Part shown: positions 37,125 to 44,084 of the stretch, piece after piece
Position numbering within the stretch: position 1 is the first letter of the stretch
Layout: each line of letters opens with the position of its first letter
From: an uncultured Alphaproteobacteria bacterium
Lineage (GTDB): Bacteria; Pseudomonadota; Alphaproteobacteria; RF32; CAG-239
Reading direction: 5' to 3'
Length of the DNA: 64,000 bases
NCBI GenBank assembly: GCA_944390885.1
Contig: CALXRP010000007.1
Location: 8,756-72,755 of the forward strand
Position numbers and translations under genes: made by a program
Notes under the pieces: model-generated
Told to the model about the DNA's origin: nothing
Database searches by the model: none
What the model saw: the letters and a program-made list of their open reading frames with translations, nothing else

Positions 37125-37922
37125 ATGCCTTTTGACAGTGAAGGAAATTTTACCCGGATTCACAGTTGGGAAGATGACCGGATAAATGACATTGATATTG
37201 TAACCGACCACCATGATGAAGAAGACAATAACCTTGCCGAAGGCTTGTCGCAAACTTTTTTGCGTGACGGTCGCGTTGCAATGCGCGGCAATATAGACGC
37301 CGGCAATTTTCAAATAAAAAACCTGGCCAACGGCGCACTGGATTATGATGCCGTCAACCGCAAACAGGTGCTGGACAAGCTCGATGAGCTGAAAACGGAA
37401 ATCAAAGATATCCTGAACGATAATATGAACTTAGGTGATATCAAAGCCTCTTTGCAAACGGCCAATCACGGAAACTGGCTTTTATGCGACGGACAGGCCG
37501 TCAGCCGGACGGATTATGCCGACTTGTTTGAGCTTGTCGGAACAAATTTCGGTGCCGGCGACGGCGTGACGACTTTTAATATTCCGGATTATCGCGGCAA
37601 GTTTCTGCGCGGACTGGGCGGTAATTCTGCCGAAGACGTTTATACCACGCAGGAAGAAGGTCTGCCCGACCATACGCATATGATAGCCAATACCAATAAC
37701 GGAGGCTCAATCTATACGACGCTCGGTGATAATTATTTGGCCAGAGAAGGCGGCGGCAGTGCCACATCTGCCGTATCATACCGGCTTAACGGAACCGACA
37801 CGGTCGCAAACGTCGGCAAGACCAATGCCGCCAGCGTAGCAAACGAAATTTACGGAAAGTCAGTCCATGTAACGCCGGTTAACCAGGCCGTAAACTATTT
37901 TATTAAAGCAAAGGAGGACTAA
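37125..37922 (+). CDS. tail fibre protein with phage tail-collar domain
   Basis: GNWLLCDGQAVSRTDYADLFELVGTNFGAGDGVTTFNIPDYRGKFLRG is the canonical Collar-domain motif. Confidence 0.8.
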   Translation: MPFDSEGNFTRIHSWEDDRINDIDIVTDHHDEEDNNLAEGLSQTFLRDGRVAMRGNIDAGNFQIKNLANGALDYDAVNRKQVLDKLDELKTEIKDILNDNMNLGDIKASLQTANHGNWLLCDGQAVSRTDYADLFELVGTNFGAGDGVTTFNIPDYRGKFLRGLGGNSAEDVYTTQEEGLPDHTHMIANTNNGGSIYTTLGDNYLAREGGGSATSAVSYRLNGTDTVANVGKTNAASVANEIYGKSVHVTPVNQAVNYFIKAKED

Positions 37923-37923
37923 A

Positions 37924-38274
37924 ATGGCAGGAATGATTTTACCAAATATGATAATTGTTCGCAAAGGCGACAGCTTTGATATCGTGCTGCAGTTCCGGAC
38001 AGATAATAAACCTTGGGATTTAACGGATTGTACCGTTAAAATGACGGTCAGAAATAATGAAGAAAAAATTTTGTTTACCAAGTCTGGTGAGATTTTTGAC
38101 GTTTCCGGCGGCAAGGTGCGGCTAAAGCTTTTGCCTGCCGATACCAATATCACACCCGGTGATTACAAAACCGATATCCAGATAAAGTTAAAAACCGGCG
38201 ATATCCATACGGTATATCCCGGAGACGTAAACAAAGTTGCGGTTTTTCGCATAACTCAGGATGTAACGGAGTGA
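37924..38274 (+). CDS. small beta-rich tail-associated protein (possibly Ig/BppU-N-like)
   Basis: 116 aa, tightly packed between the fibre genes, with an alternating beta-strand-like pattern. The family call is weak. Confidence 0.45.
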   Translation: MAGMILPNMIIVRKGDSFDIVLQFRTDNKPWDLTDCTVKMTVRNNEEKILFTKSGEIFDVSGGKVRLKLLPADTNITPGDYKTDIQIKLKTGDIHTVYPGDVNKVAVFRITQDVTE

Positions 38275-38278
38275 TAGT

Positions 38279-39907
38279 ATGAGTATAATAAATGAAGAGG
38301 CCGGAGTTACCGTTTTTAACGGGACCGGACAAAAGATTGAAGTCTTGTTTCAGGAAGAGGTACAGTTGGATATTGACGTACCTCTTTTTTATATCAAATC
38401 GGGAGAGGAAGAAATTCAGGCTTATGTCAATAATCATGCCAAACCGGAATTGAATGAATACACCGGACAGAAAAAGCAGGACATTTCCGAACAGACGGCT
38501 GAAAGTTTGGCGCAGATTTCCGAAAAAACTGCCGAAGATATAGAAATGGTAAAAGAAAAAATAAATACATATGTTGAAAACACGGCCGAACCGGCGCTGC
38601 AGCATTACGCCGATGAGACAGTAAAGCCGCAGCTTGAAGCAGTTGTTTCCGAAGCCGAAAACGCTGCCGGAAATGCGGCCGCCAGTGCGGAGGAAGCTCA
38701 GAATTTATCAGCTTCGGCTTTGTCATCTGCCACCCAAGCAGAAAGCAGCGCGTCAGACGCCTCCGCTTCAGCGGAGACAGCGGCCGGTTTTGTAGAAACA
38801 GCCAGAAAATGGGCAATCGGGACAATTGAAGAACAACCGGAAGGCAGCTCGGAATATTGGGCGGGAGAAGCCAAACTCTCTGCTGAAAACGCAAATGTCG
38901 GCTATGAGCTTTTTCAACCGGCCTGGTTTGATCATAAGCCTGAATCGGCAAGCTGGCTGCGGGCGGATACTTTCAGTTGGCAAGACGGCGGCGTATATTT
39001 TGCCGCTTATAATGAATTGGCCGCTCAATATGCTGATACATCATCGGCAGAAACCGCGGATACCGTCGGCGATATTACAATTACTTATAAAAGAACACCG
39101 AAAGGCTATAAAATCTGCACACCGGAACAAGCGGAGAATGTTGAGGCTTTATATGAGAGCACCGGTGTAGCATGGTATTATATTCTGGACACGGAAACCG
39201 AACGTTTCAAGCTGCCCCGAACAAAATGGGGATTCGTCGGCTGCCGGAGCAACGTTGGAACTTATATACCGGAAACCTTGCCAAACATTACGGGAAGTGT
39301 CGCCAGAGATATTTCGGAAGCTGCTATGACAGGTGCCTTAAAGGTTAATTCCTCATACGGAGGGGCGATGTGGAGTGGCTCGACAACTGTAAACCGTATG
39401 CGCGATTGGTCTTTTAATGCATCTCTCAGTTCTTCTGTGTATCAGGACGAAGCACCGGTCCAGCAGAGGGCTGTAGAGATGTATCTGTACTTCTTTGTCG
39501 GCAATATGATAAAGGACGATACTCTCATAGATGCCGGACAAATCACGGAAGCGTTGAGCGAAAAGCTGGATATTGATCTGAACAATCTTTCCGTATCGGG
39601 AAAAAGCACAATTTGCGGTCTTGGTAAACCAAGCGGAAGATACATAAATCTGACATTGGGAGCAACCGGAAGCACTTATACGGCACCTGCAAACGGCTGG
39701 GCAGCCTGGGGCGGACAATTTTCGACCGCGGCAGGAAACTTATCAATCGGCAATGATTCTTTTTACTCGCAAGGAACGGCAACGAGCGGCGCCCAATATA
39801 TCGGCGTATATATTCCCGTAAAAAAAGGCGAAAATTTTTATGTCGATTACGCCCAGGTTTCAGCAACCGTGTTGTTTAGATTTATTTATGATGAAGGAGA
39901 AAACTAA
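38279..39907 (+). CDS. tail fibre protein
   Basis: 542 aa with an Ala/Ser/Glu-rich coiled region (AENAAGNAAASAEEAQNLSASALSSATQAESSASDASASAETAAG) typical of phage fibres, located in the fibre cluster. Confidence 0.7.
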   Translation: MSIINEEAGVTVFNGTGQKIEVLFQEEVQLDIDVPLFYIKSGEEEIQAYVNNHAKPELNEYTGQKKQDISEQTAESLAQISEKTAEDIEMVKEKINTYVENTAEPALQHYADETVKPQLEAVVSEAENAAGNAAASAEEAQNLSASALSSATQAESSASDASASAETAAGFVETARKWAIGTIEEQPEGSSEYWAGEAKLSAENANVGYELFQPAWFDHKPESASWLRADTFSWQDGGVYFAAYNELAAQYADTSSAETADTVGDITITYKRTPKGYKICTPEQAENVEALYESTGVAWYYILDTETERFKLPRTKWGFVGCRSNVGTYIPETLPNITGSVARDISEAAMTGALKVNSSYGGAMWSGSTTVNRMRDWSFNASLSSSVYQDEAPVQQRAVEMYLYFFVGNMIKDDTLIDAGQITEALSEKLDIDLNNLSVSGKSTICGLGKPSGRYINLTLGATGSTYTAPANGWAAWGGQFSTAAGNLSIGNDSFYSQGTATSGAQYIGVYIPVKKGENFYVDYAQVSATVLFRFIYDEGEN

Positions 39908-40320
39908 TGTCGGAACAAGTAGATTATGATCCGGGGCAAGTGTTGGAAGCCCTGAATGACAAAACAGATTCGGATGCCGCCAATTTGTCGTCGGCCGGGC
40001 AAAGTCTGATCTCTGGGCTGGGAATGCCGGGAGCAAGATACATTTGGTCAATATTCAATAATACGGTGACAAATACAAAACAAAATTTTACGGCACCGGC
40101 AAACGGCTACATAAAAATAGCTTCAGCGGCAAACGTTGATGTAGATTTGCTGATTGGCGGTGATTATAAAGCCACTTGCGGTAATAATAACGGAGCCAAT
40201 CGGGGACTGATGTTTCCGATAAAAAAAGGTGAAATTGCTCAAATATATACAATCGCCGCCGGAGCAACGGCAACAATGGCAAATTCGGGATTTATTTATG
40301 CAGAAGGAGAAAAACAATGA
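39907..40320 (+). CDS. paralogue of the tail-fibre C-terminal tip domain
   Basis: 137 aa. VLEALNDKTDSDAANLSSAGQSLISGLGMPGARYI...FTAPANGY...FPIKKGE...FIYAEGEKQ parallels the last ~130 aa of 38279..39907 (ITEALSEKLDIDLNNLSVSGKSTICGLGKPSGRYI...YTAPANGW...IPVKKGE...FIYDEGEN). The start overlaps the stop (TAATG). Confidence 0.6.
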   Translation: MSEQVDYDPGQVLEALNDKTDSDAANLSSAGQSLISGLGMPGARYIWSIFNNTVTNTKQNFTAPANGYIKIASAANVDVDLLIGGDYKATCGNNNGANRGLMFPIKKGEIAQIYTIAAGATATMANSGFIYAEGEKQ

Positions 40321-40697
40321 TTTATATCGGATTAATTAATAATGAAATCAAACTTTCCGGCAGTGATGCCGAAGCCGTACGGGACGGAGCTTTTGCCTGC
40401 GGTCTGGTTTTGGATTCGATACAGTCAACGGAAAGAGAAGTCATAACCGCCTGGAACGGAAAAATGTATTTCAAGGGTGAGGAACCGGAAAAGCCTTATG
40501 ATTACGCGGAAGAACGCCGTCAGGCTTATCCCGGCGTAACGGAACAGCTTGATAAACTTTATCACGATATTGATGCCGGTTTGTTTGGAGAAGAGGCAAA
40601 AACGTCCGGATTCTATCTGGCACGCAAAGAAGTAAAAGATACCTATCCCAAGCCGGAAGAAACTTCCGAAAACAATGAAGGAGAAGCGGGCGTATAG
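40317..40697 (+). CDS. hypothetical protein (possible fibre assembly or accessory protein)
   Basis: 126 aa with ATGA overlap onto the upstream gene. The call is by position only. Confidence 0.45.
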   Translation: MIYIGLINNEIKLSGSDAEAVRDGAFACGLVLDSIQSTEREVITAWNGKMYFKGEEPEKPYDYAEERRQAYPGVTEQLDKLYHDIDAGLFGEEAKTSGFYLARKEVKDTYPKPEETSENNEGEAGV

Positions 40698-40720
40698 CCC
40701 GCTTTTTTAGGAGAAAAAGC

Positions 40721-40966
40721 ATGGATTGGGGGTTAGTAGCCGGATTGGCAGCGCTATGCGGTGTTGTGGTCAATTTCATCCGCATCGGACGCTGGCAGGG
40801 AAGCATTGAAACCAGAGTCGATAAAGTGGAAAAAAATTTTGATAAACAGGATATCCGTTTGGAAAATTTAACCACGTCAATTAACGAGCAGAATAAAATT
40901 CTGACCAAAATTGAAGTCAAACTGGATCTGATTTTTCGTGAAAATAAAATAAAGGGCAAAAAATGA
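40721..40966 (+). CDS. holin-like membrane protein (putative)
   Basis: 81 aa with one N-terminal TM (WGLVAGLAALCGVVVNFI) plus a coiled coil. It is the first of four overlapping small genes ending with spanins. Confidence 0.4.
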   Translation: MDWGLVAGLAALCGVVVNFIRIGRWQGSIETRVDKVEKNFDKQDIRLENLTTSINEQNKILTKIEVKLDLIFRENKIKGKK

Positions 40967-41100
40967 AAAAAACAAAAAATATTCGGCGGCTGATGCTTTT
41001 GGCCGCCGTCTTAACCCTTGCAGCGGTGTCGTTATTATATCCGCAGCATGCGGAAAGCGTAGCCCGGGCATTTTCTTTGTTATTAGGAGCGGGAATATGA
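40963..41100 (+). CDS. mini membrane protein (45 aa)
   Basis: A manually found ORF, MKKTKNIRRLMLLAAVLTLAAVSLLYPQ..., with ATGA overlaps at both ends. Confidence 0.35.
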   Translation: MKKTKNIRRLMLLAAVLTLAAVSLLYPQHAESVARAFSLLLGAGI

Positions 41101-41303
41101 AAGGGCGGTTGTTCGGAATATCCGGCATAGCGGCATTATGCCTTTTGAGTTATTTTCTCGGCCGCAGTCATTGCCGTGTTCAAATCGTAACAAAAGAAAT
41201 AGAGGTGGTGAAATATGTATCGGCACAATATCGTAAAATCTCATCGGAACCTAATCTGGAGCGTAGTGCTCTGCTTGAGCTCATGCGCCGCGGACAACTC
41301 TGA
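41097..41303 (+). CDS. i-spanin (Rz-like, putative)
   Basis: 68 aa with an N-terminal TM and a charged periplasmic part. It contains the start of an out-of-frame lipoprotein gene. Confidence 0.5.
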   Translation: MKGRLFGISGIAALCLLSYFLGRSHCRVQIVTKEIEVVKYVSAQYRKISSEPNLERSALLELMRRGQL

Positions 41304-41445
41304 TATCTGTCCGACATTTCCTCTGGCCGGCAGTCGTGTGGCAGAAGAGTTGGAACAGGCGGAATATAAAGATTTTAAAAATACCTGGGAATGGATCGGA
41401 CGATTGGAAAAGCTCAAAAGGCAGCTTGATCTGTGTCATGATTAA
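41215..41445 (+). CDS. o-spanin (Rz1-like lipoprotein, putative)
   Basis: 76 aa with a lipobox LSSC (VVLCLSSCAADN). It begins inside the i-spanin gene in another frame, the classic overlapped spanin architecture. Confidence 0.55.
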   Translation: MYRHNIVKSHRNLIWSVVLCLSSCAADNSDICPTFPLAGSRVAEELEQAEYKDFKNTWEWIGRLEKLKRQLDLCHD

Positions 41446-41499
41446 TTAAGTATTAACCGGAATTGAGATATAATAAAAAATCCGAAAGAAGAAATAAAC

Positions 41500-42819
41500 A
41501 TGGAAAATACGGATCAAAAAGATTATCATGCCCTGGCTCTGGAAGCTTATCGCGGCGGAGATTATCCTCGTACGATTCATTATGCCCTGAGCGGCCTGAA
41601 AAATGCGCCGAACAACGCCGATTTATTGTGCGATTGCGGCAGTGCTTATTTTATGCTCGGAGATTATGAAAAAGCCGAAAGCTACTATCGCAATGCCTGG
41701 ACGCTTGTTCCGAACTCCGAAATGGTCAATATGAACCTGCTGAATGTTGATTTTGCCTGCAAGCGATATGCTGCCGCTTTGTCCAGGGCAAGCCGGATAT
41801 TGCGTGCAAATCCCGATAATGTCGATACGCTGCTTACCGTCGGCTCCATATATTTTGAACAAAAAAGATATGCGGATTCCAAACGCTATCTGGAGCGTGT
41901 ATTGGCGCTGCGGCCTGAGAGTTTTTGGGCCTTGAATTATATGGGGCAGTGCGCTGAAAAAACGGGCGATTATGATAACGCACTCACTTATGGGCTACAG
42001 GCAGTCAAAGCCAGTGGCGGAGAAGATTCCCAACATATAAACTACGCATATTCGCTGTATGAAATCAGCATGGAAACCGGCATGGAAAAAGTAATGCCCT
42101 ATGCCGAACGATGGTTGGATTCTTTTCCTGAAAATCCGATTGTGAGATATGCCGTGTCTGCATTAAAGAACGATGTTTCCGCAAAAGTTTCCGATACGTT
42201 TTATGTGCAAAAAGTTTTTGACTTTTTTGCAGATTCTTTTGAAGAAGCTCTGCAAAATTTAGATTACCGTGTTCCGGAATATATCAATGGATTTTTAAAG
42301 CGCTTTTACGGTTGGAATTTTTTTCGGAACCTGGAGATTCTTGACCTTGGCTGCGGAACAGGTTTGGTCGGAAAATATTTGGCCGATTATGTCGGAAAGG
42401 GGCATATTTACGGCGTGGATTTATCTGCCGAAATGTTAAAAAAAGCCCAACAGAAAAACATTTATTCCAAATTATTTTGCGGTGATCTCCTGCATTTTTT
42501 GAATGATAAAATATCTTGCCTGGATCTGATAACCGCGGCAGATGTTTTTATTTATTTCGGAAGTTTGGATTCCCTCTTTGCCAAAATAAATCAGGCATTA
42601 AAAAAAGGCGGTCGGACAATTTTTTCGTTATCGCAAAATCGGATAAACGAACGTGATTATTTTCTGCATGCCAGCGGACGCTTTGTCCATAGTTGGGGAT
42701 ATATAACGCATGTTCTGCAGAAAAACGGATTCCGTCTTGAAAAAGTCAAAGAAGAAATTTTACGTTATGAGGGGGATAACCCTGTTTTCGGCTGGATTAT
42801 CTCTGCCCGGAAAATCTGA
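41500..42819 (+). CDS. TPR-repeat protein fused to a class I SAM-dependent methyltransferase
   Basis: The N-terminal half is TPR-like (AYFMLGDYEKAESYYRNAW...). The C-terminal half has motif I, ILDLGCGTGLVGKYL, and post-I, VDLSAEML. Confidence 0.75.
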   Translation: MENTDQKDYHALALEAYRGGDYPRTIHYALSGLKNAPNNADLLCDCGSAYFMLGDYEKAESYYRNAWTLVPNSEMVNMNLLNVDFACKRYAAALSRASRILRANPDNVDTLLTVGSIYFEQKRYADSKRYLERVLALRPESFWALNYMGQCAEKTGDYDNALTYGLQAVKASGGEDSQHINYAYSLYEISMETGMEKVMPYAERWLDSFPENPIVRYAVSALKNDVSAKVSDTFYVQKVFDFFADSFEEALQNLDYRVPEYINGFLKRFYGWNFFRNLEILDLGCGTGLVGKYLADYVGKGHIYGVDLSAEMLKKAQQKNIYSKLFCGDLLHFLNDKISCLDLITAADVFIYFGSLDSLFAKINQALKKGGRTIFSLSQNRINERDYFLHASGRFVHSWGYITHVLQKNGFRLEKVKEEILRYEGDNPVFGWIISARKI

Positions 42820-43003
42820 TTCTCAAAAGTTTTTTAAGTAAAATCCGCTTACAAATTTTTCAGATTCGTTTATGATTATTTCCGCATAAGAATGGAAGAA
42901 TATGTATATTTGTTTTCATTCCTGGATAAAGTCTTGGAAATAAAACTCATCGACGCCAAAAACTATCCTTGGCAGTAATATTTTTTGCAATCATTTTCCT
43001 TAT

Positions 43004-43270
43004 GTCATTGCCGGGGCGTGTTTTTTTATTGTCATTCCTTCAAAGCACAAAGCCCTTCACAGAAAATGTCGGAGCAACGCGGGGTACGGGGCACAATGAC
43101 ATCAACCCGCCGCGCGCCTGCCGTGCAGGTCATCCCCGGGCTTCGACCCGGGGATCCAGATCAACAATAAAGCCAATTTATTAACGTGGATTGCCGGGTT
43201 AAACCCGGCAATGACAAAAGAAAAGAAAGTCCGGCAATAACATTAGAAAAGAAAGCCCGGCAATGACAGT
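43004..43270. repeat. cluster of palindromic MITE/REP-like repeat fragments
   Basis: Copies of GTCATTGCCGGG...CCCGGCAATG/GAC and GTCATCCCCGGGCTTCGACCCGGGGATCC in both orientations. One unit (~43040..43160) is homologous to the 60.2-60.8 kb array unit. Confidence 0.8.
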
Positions 43271-43627
43271 GCTTAAAAACAATTCCCCCCTCACTTGAAA
43301 GGGAGGGCCGGGGTGGGTTAACCAGCCCGATTACCGAATGATTTCTTAGCTTTTGGCCCAAAGAGGTGATAATGAAGTGCAGAGCATTGGAGCGTAGCGA
43401 CTTTAACTTTGGGCTAAAAGCTTAGAAAATGAGGTTGGGCTTGACTTTTGCTTACTTTTGGTCAAGCAAAAGTAAGAAAGTATTTTTGGCACTCAAAAAG
43501 TAACAATAAAAAATAATTTCATACAAAAAAAGAAAGAAAAATAAAGGATGAATTCAGAGCGGAGGAAATAAAAATGCCCGGGATATAACCGGACATTTTT
43601 ACCAAACAATTTTGCCTCTAAGAAAAA

Positions 43628-43870
43628 CTATTTTGAAGTCTTTTTAGAAGAAGAGCTGCTGCTTTTTTTCGAGCTTGCGGAAGAAGTTTTTTTGCAAGAC
43701 GAAGAAGAGCATTTTTTGCTGGAAGAGCAAGAGCTTTTGCTGTTTGTATGATACAACTGCTCAATAGCCATAGCCCAGTGCTGGCTTTCCATACCGGACG
43801 GGCATCCGGAATTTTGCCAGATGTAGTAAGCAGCTTCTCTGATTGCATTTTCATTATAATTATTTGCCAT
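43628..43870 (-). CDS. DUF2934-like small protein with Ser/Lys/Cys-rich tail
   Basis: IREAAYYIWQNSGCPSGMESQHWAMAIEQL resembles the DUF2934 core. The C-terminal 40 aa are SSS/KK low complexity. GGAG-type RBS. Confidence 0.55.
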   Translation of the reverse strand: MANNYNENAIREAAYYIWQNSGCPSGMESQHWAMAIEQLYHTNSKSSCSSSKKCSSSSCKKTSSASSKKSSSSSSKKTSK

Positions 43871-44084
43871 AATATAACTCCTGAAAAATTAAATTTTTTA
43901 CCAATCACCAATTAATATATACGTAAAATTTTATACGTCAATATCTAAAAGTTTGAATTTGTTAAATTTGCAAAATAAACTTAATTTCTGCATTAAAATT
44001 GTTGCAAAAATAATCAATAAATTTTATAGATAAATCTGAAGGTTTTTTAATCTGATTTTTTAGTATTTTATACGAGGTATATTT

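Larger units (their letters stand above)
13237..41445. mobile_element. prophage-like element (podovirus-type structural and lysis modules, CI-like repressor) with no integrase or replication genes seen
   Basis: The element begins immediately 3' of tRNA-Leu. It contains repressor, terminases, portal, scaffold, capsid, fibres and spanins. The right boundary is taken as the end of the spanin genes and is uncertain. Confidence 0.8.

Noticed and set aside
38279-40320. Diversity-generating retroelement or invertible (Gin/Cin-type) fibre-switching system, suggested by the duplicated fibre tip.
   Set aside because: No reverse transcriptase or template repeat with A-specific mismatches is evident, and no invertase gene is present. 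The two homologous segments are in direct rather than inverted orientation.
41500-42819. The TPR-methyltransferase as prophage cargo, or as part of a defence or modification system.
   Set aside because: It looks like a small-molecule or protein class I methyltransferase fused to TPRs, a common stand-alone architecture. It has no partner restriction or nuclease gene and no DNA-methyltransferase motifs (no DPPY/NPPY or PCQ). Whether it belongs to the element cannot be decided from this window.
41446-43620. attR: a direct repeat of the tRNA-Leu 3' end (for example TTCGAGTCTGACTACCCCTACCA) marking the right prophage border.
   Set aside because: I could not find such a repeat by eye between the spanins and glgB. 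The right boundary therefore remains undefined. A computational repeat search is needed.
43618-43911. A 97-aa alternative-frame ORF overlapping the DUF2934-like gene.
   Set aside because: It is on the same strand in a different frame. The 43628..43870 frame has the recognisable DUF2934-like N-terminus and an RBS, whereas the other frame is K/L/A low-complexity.
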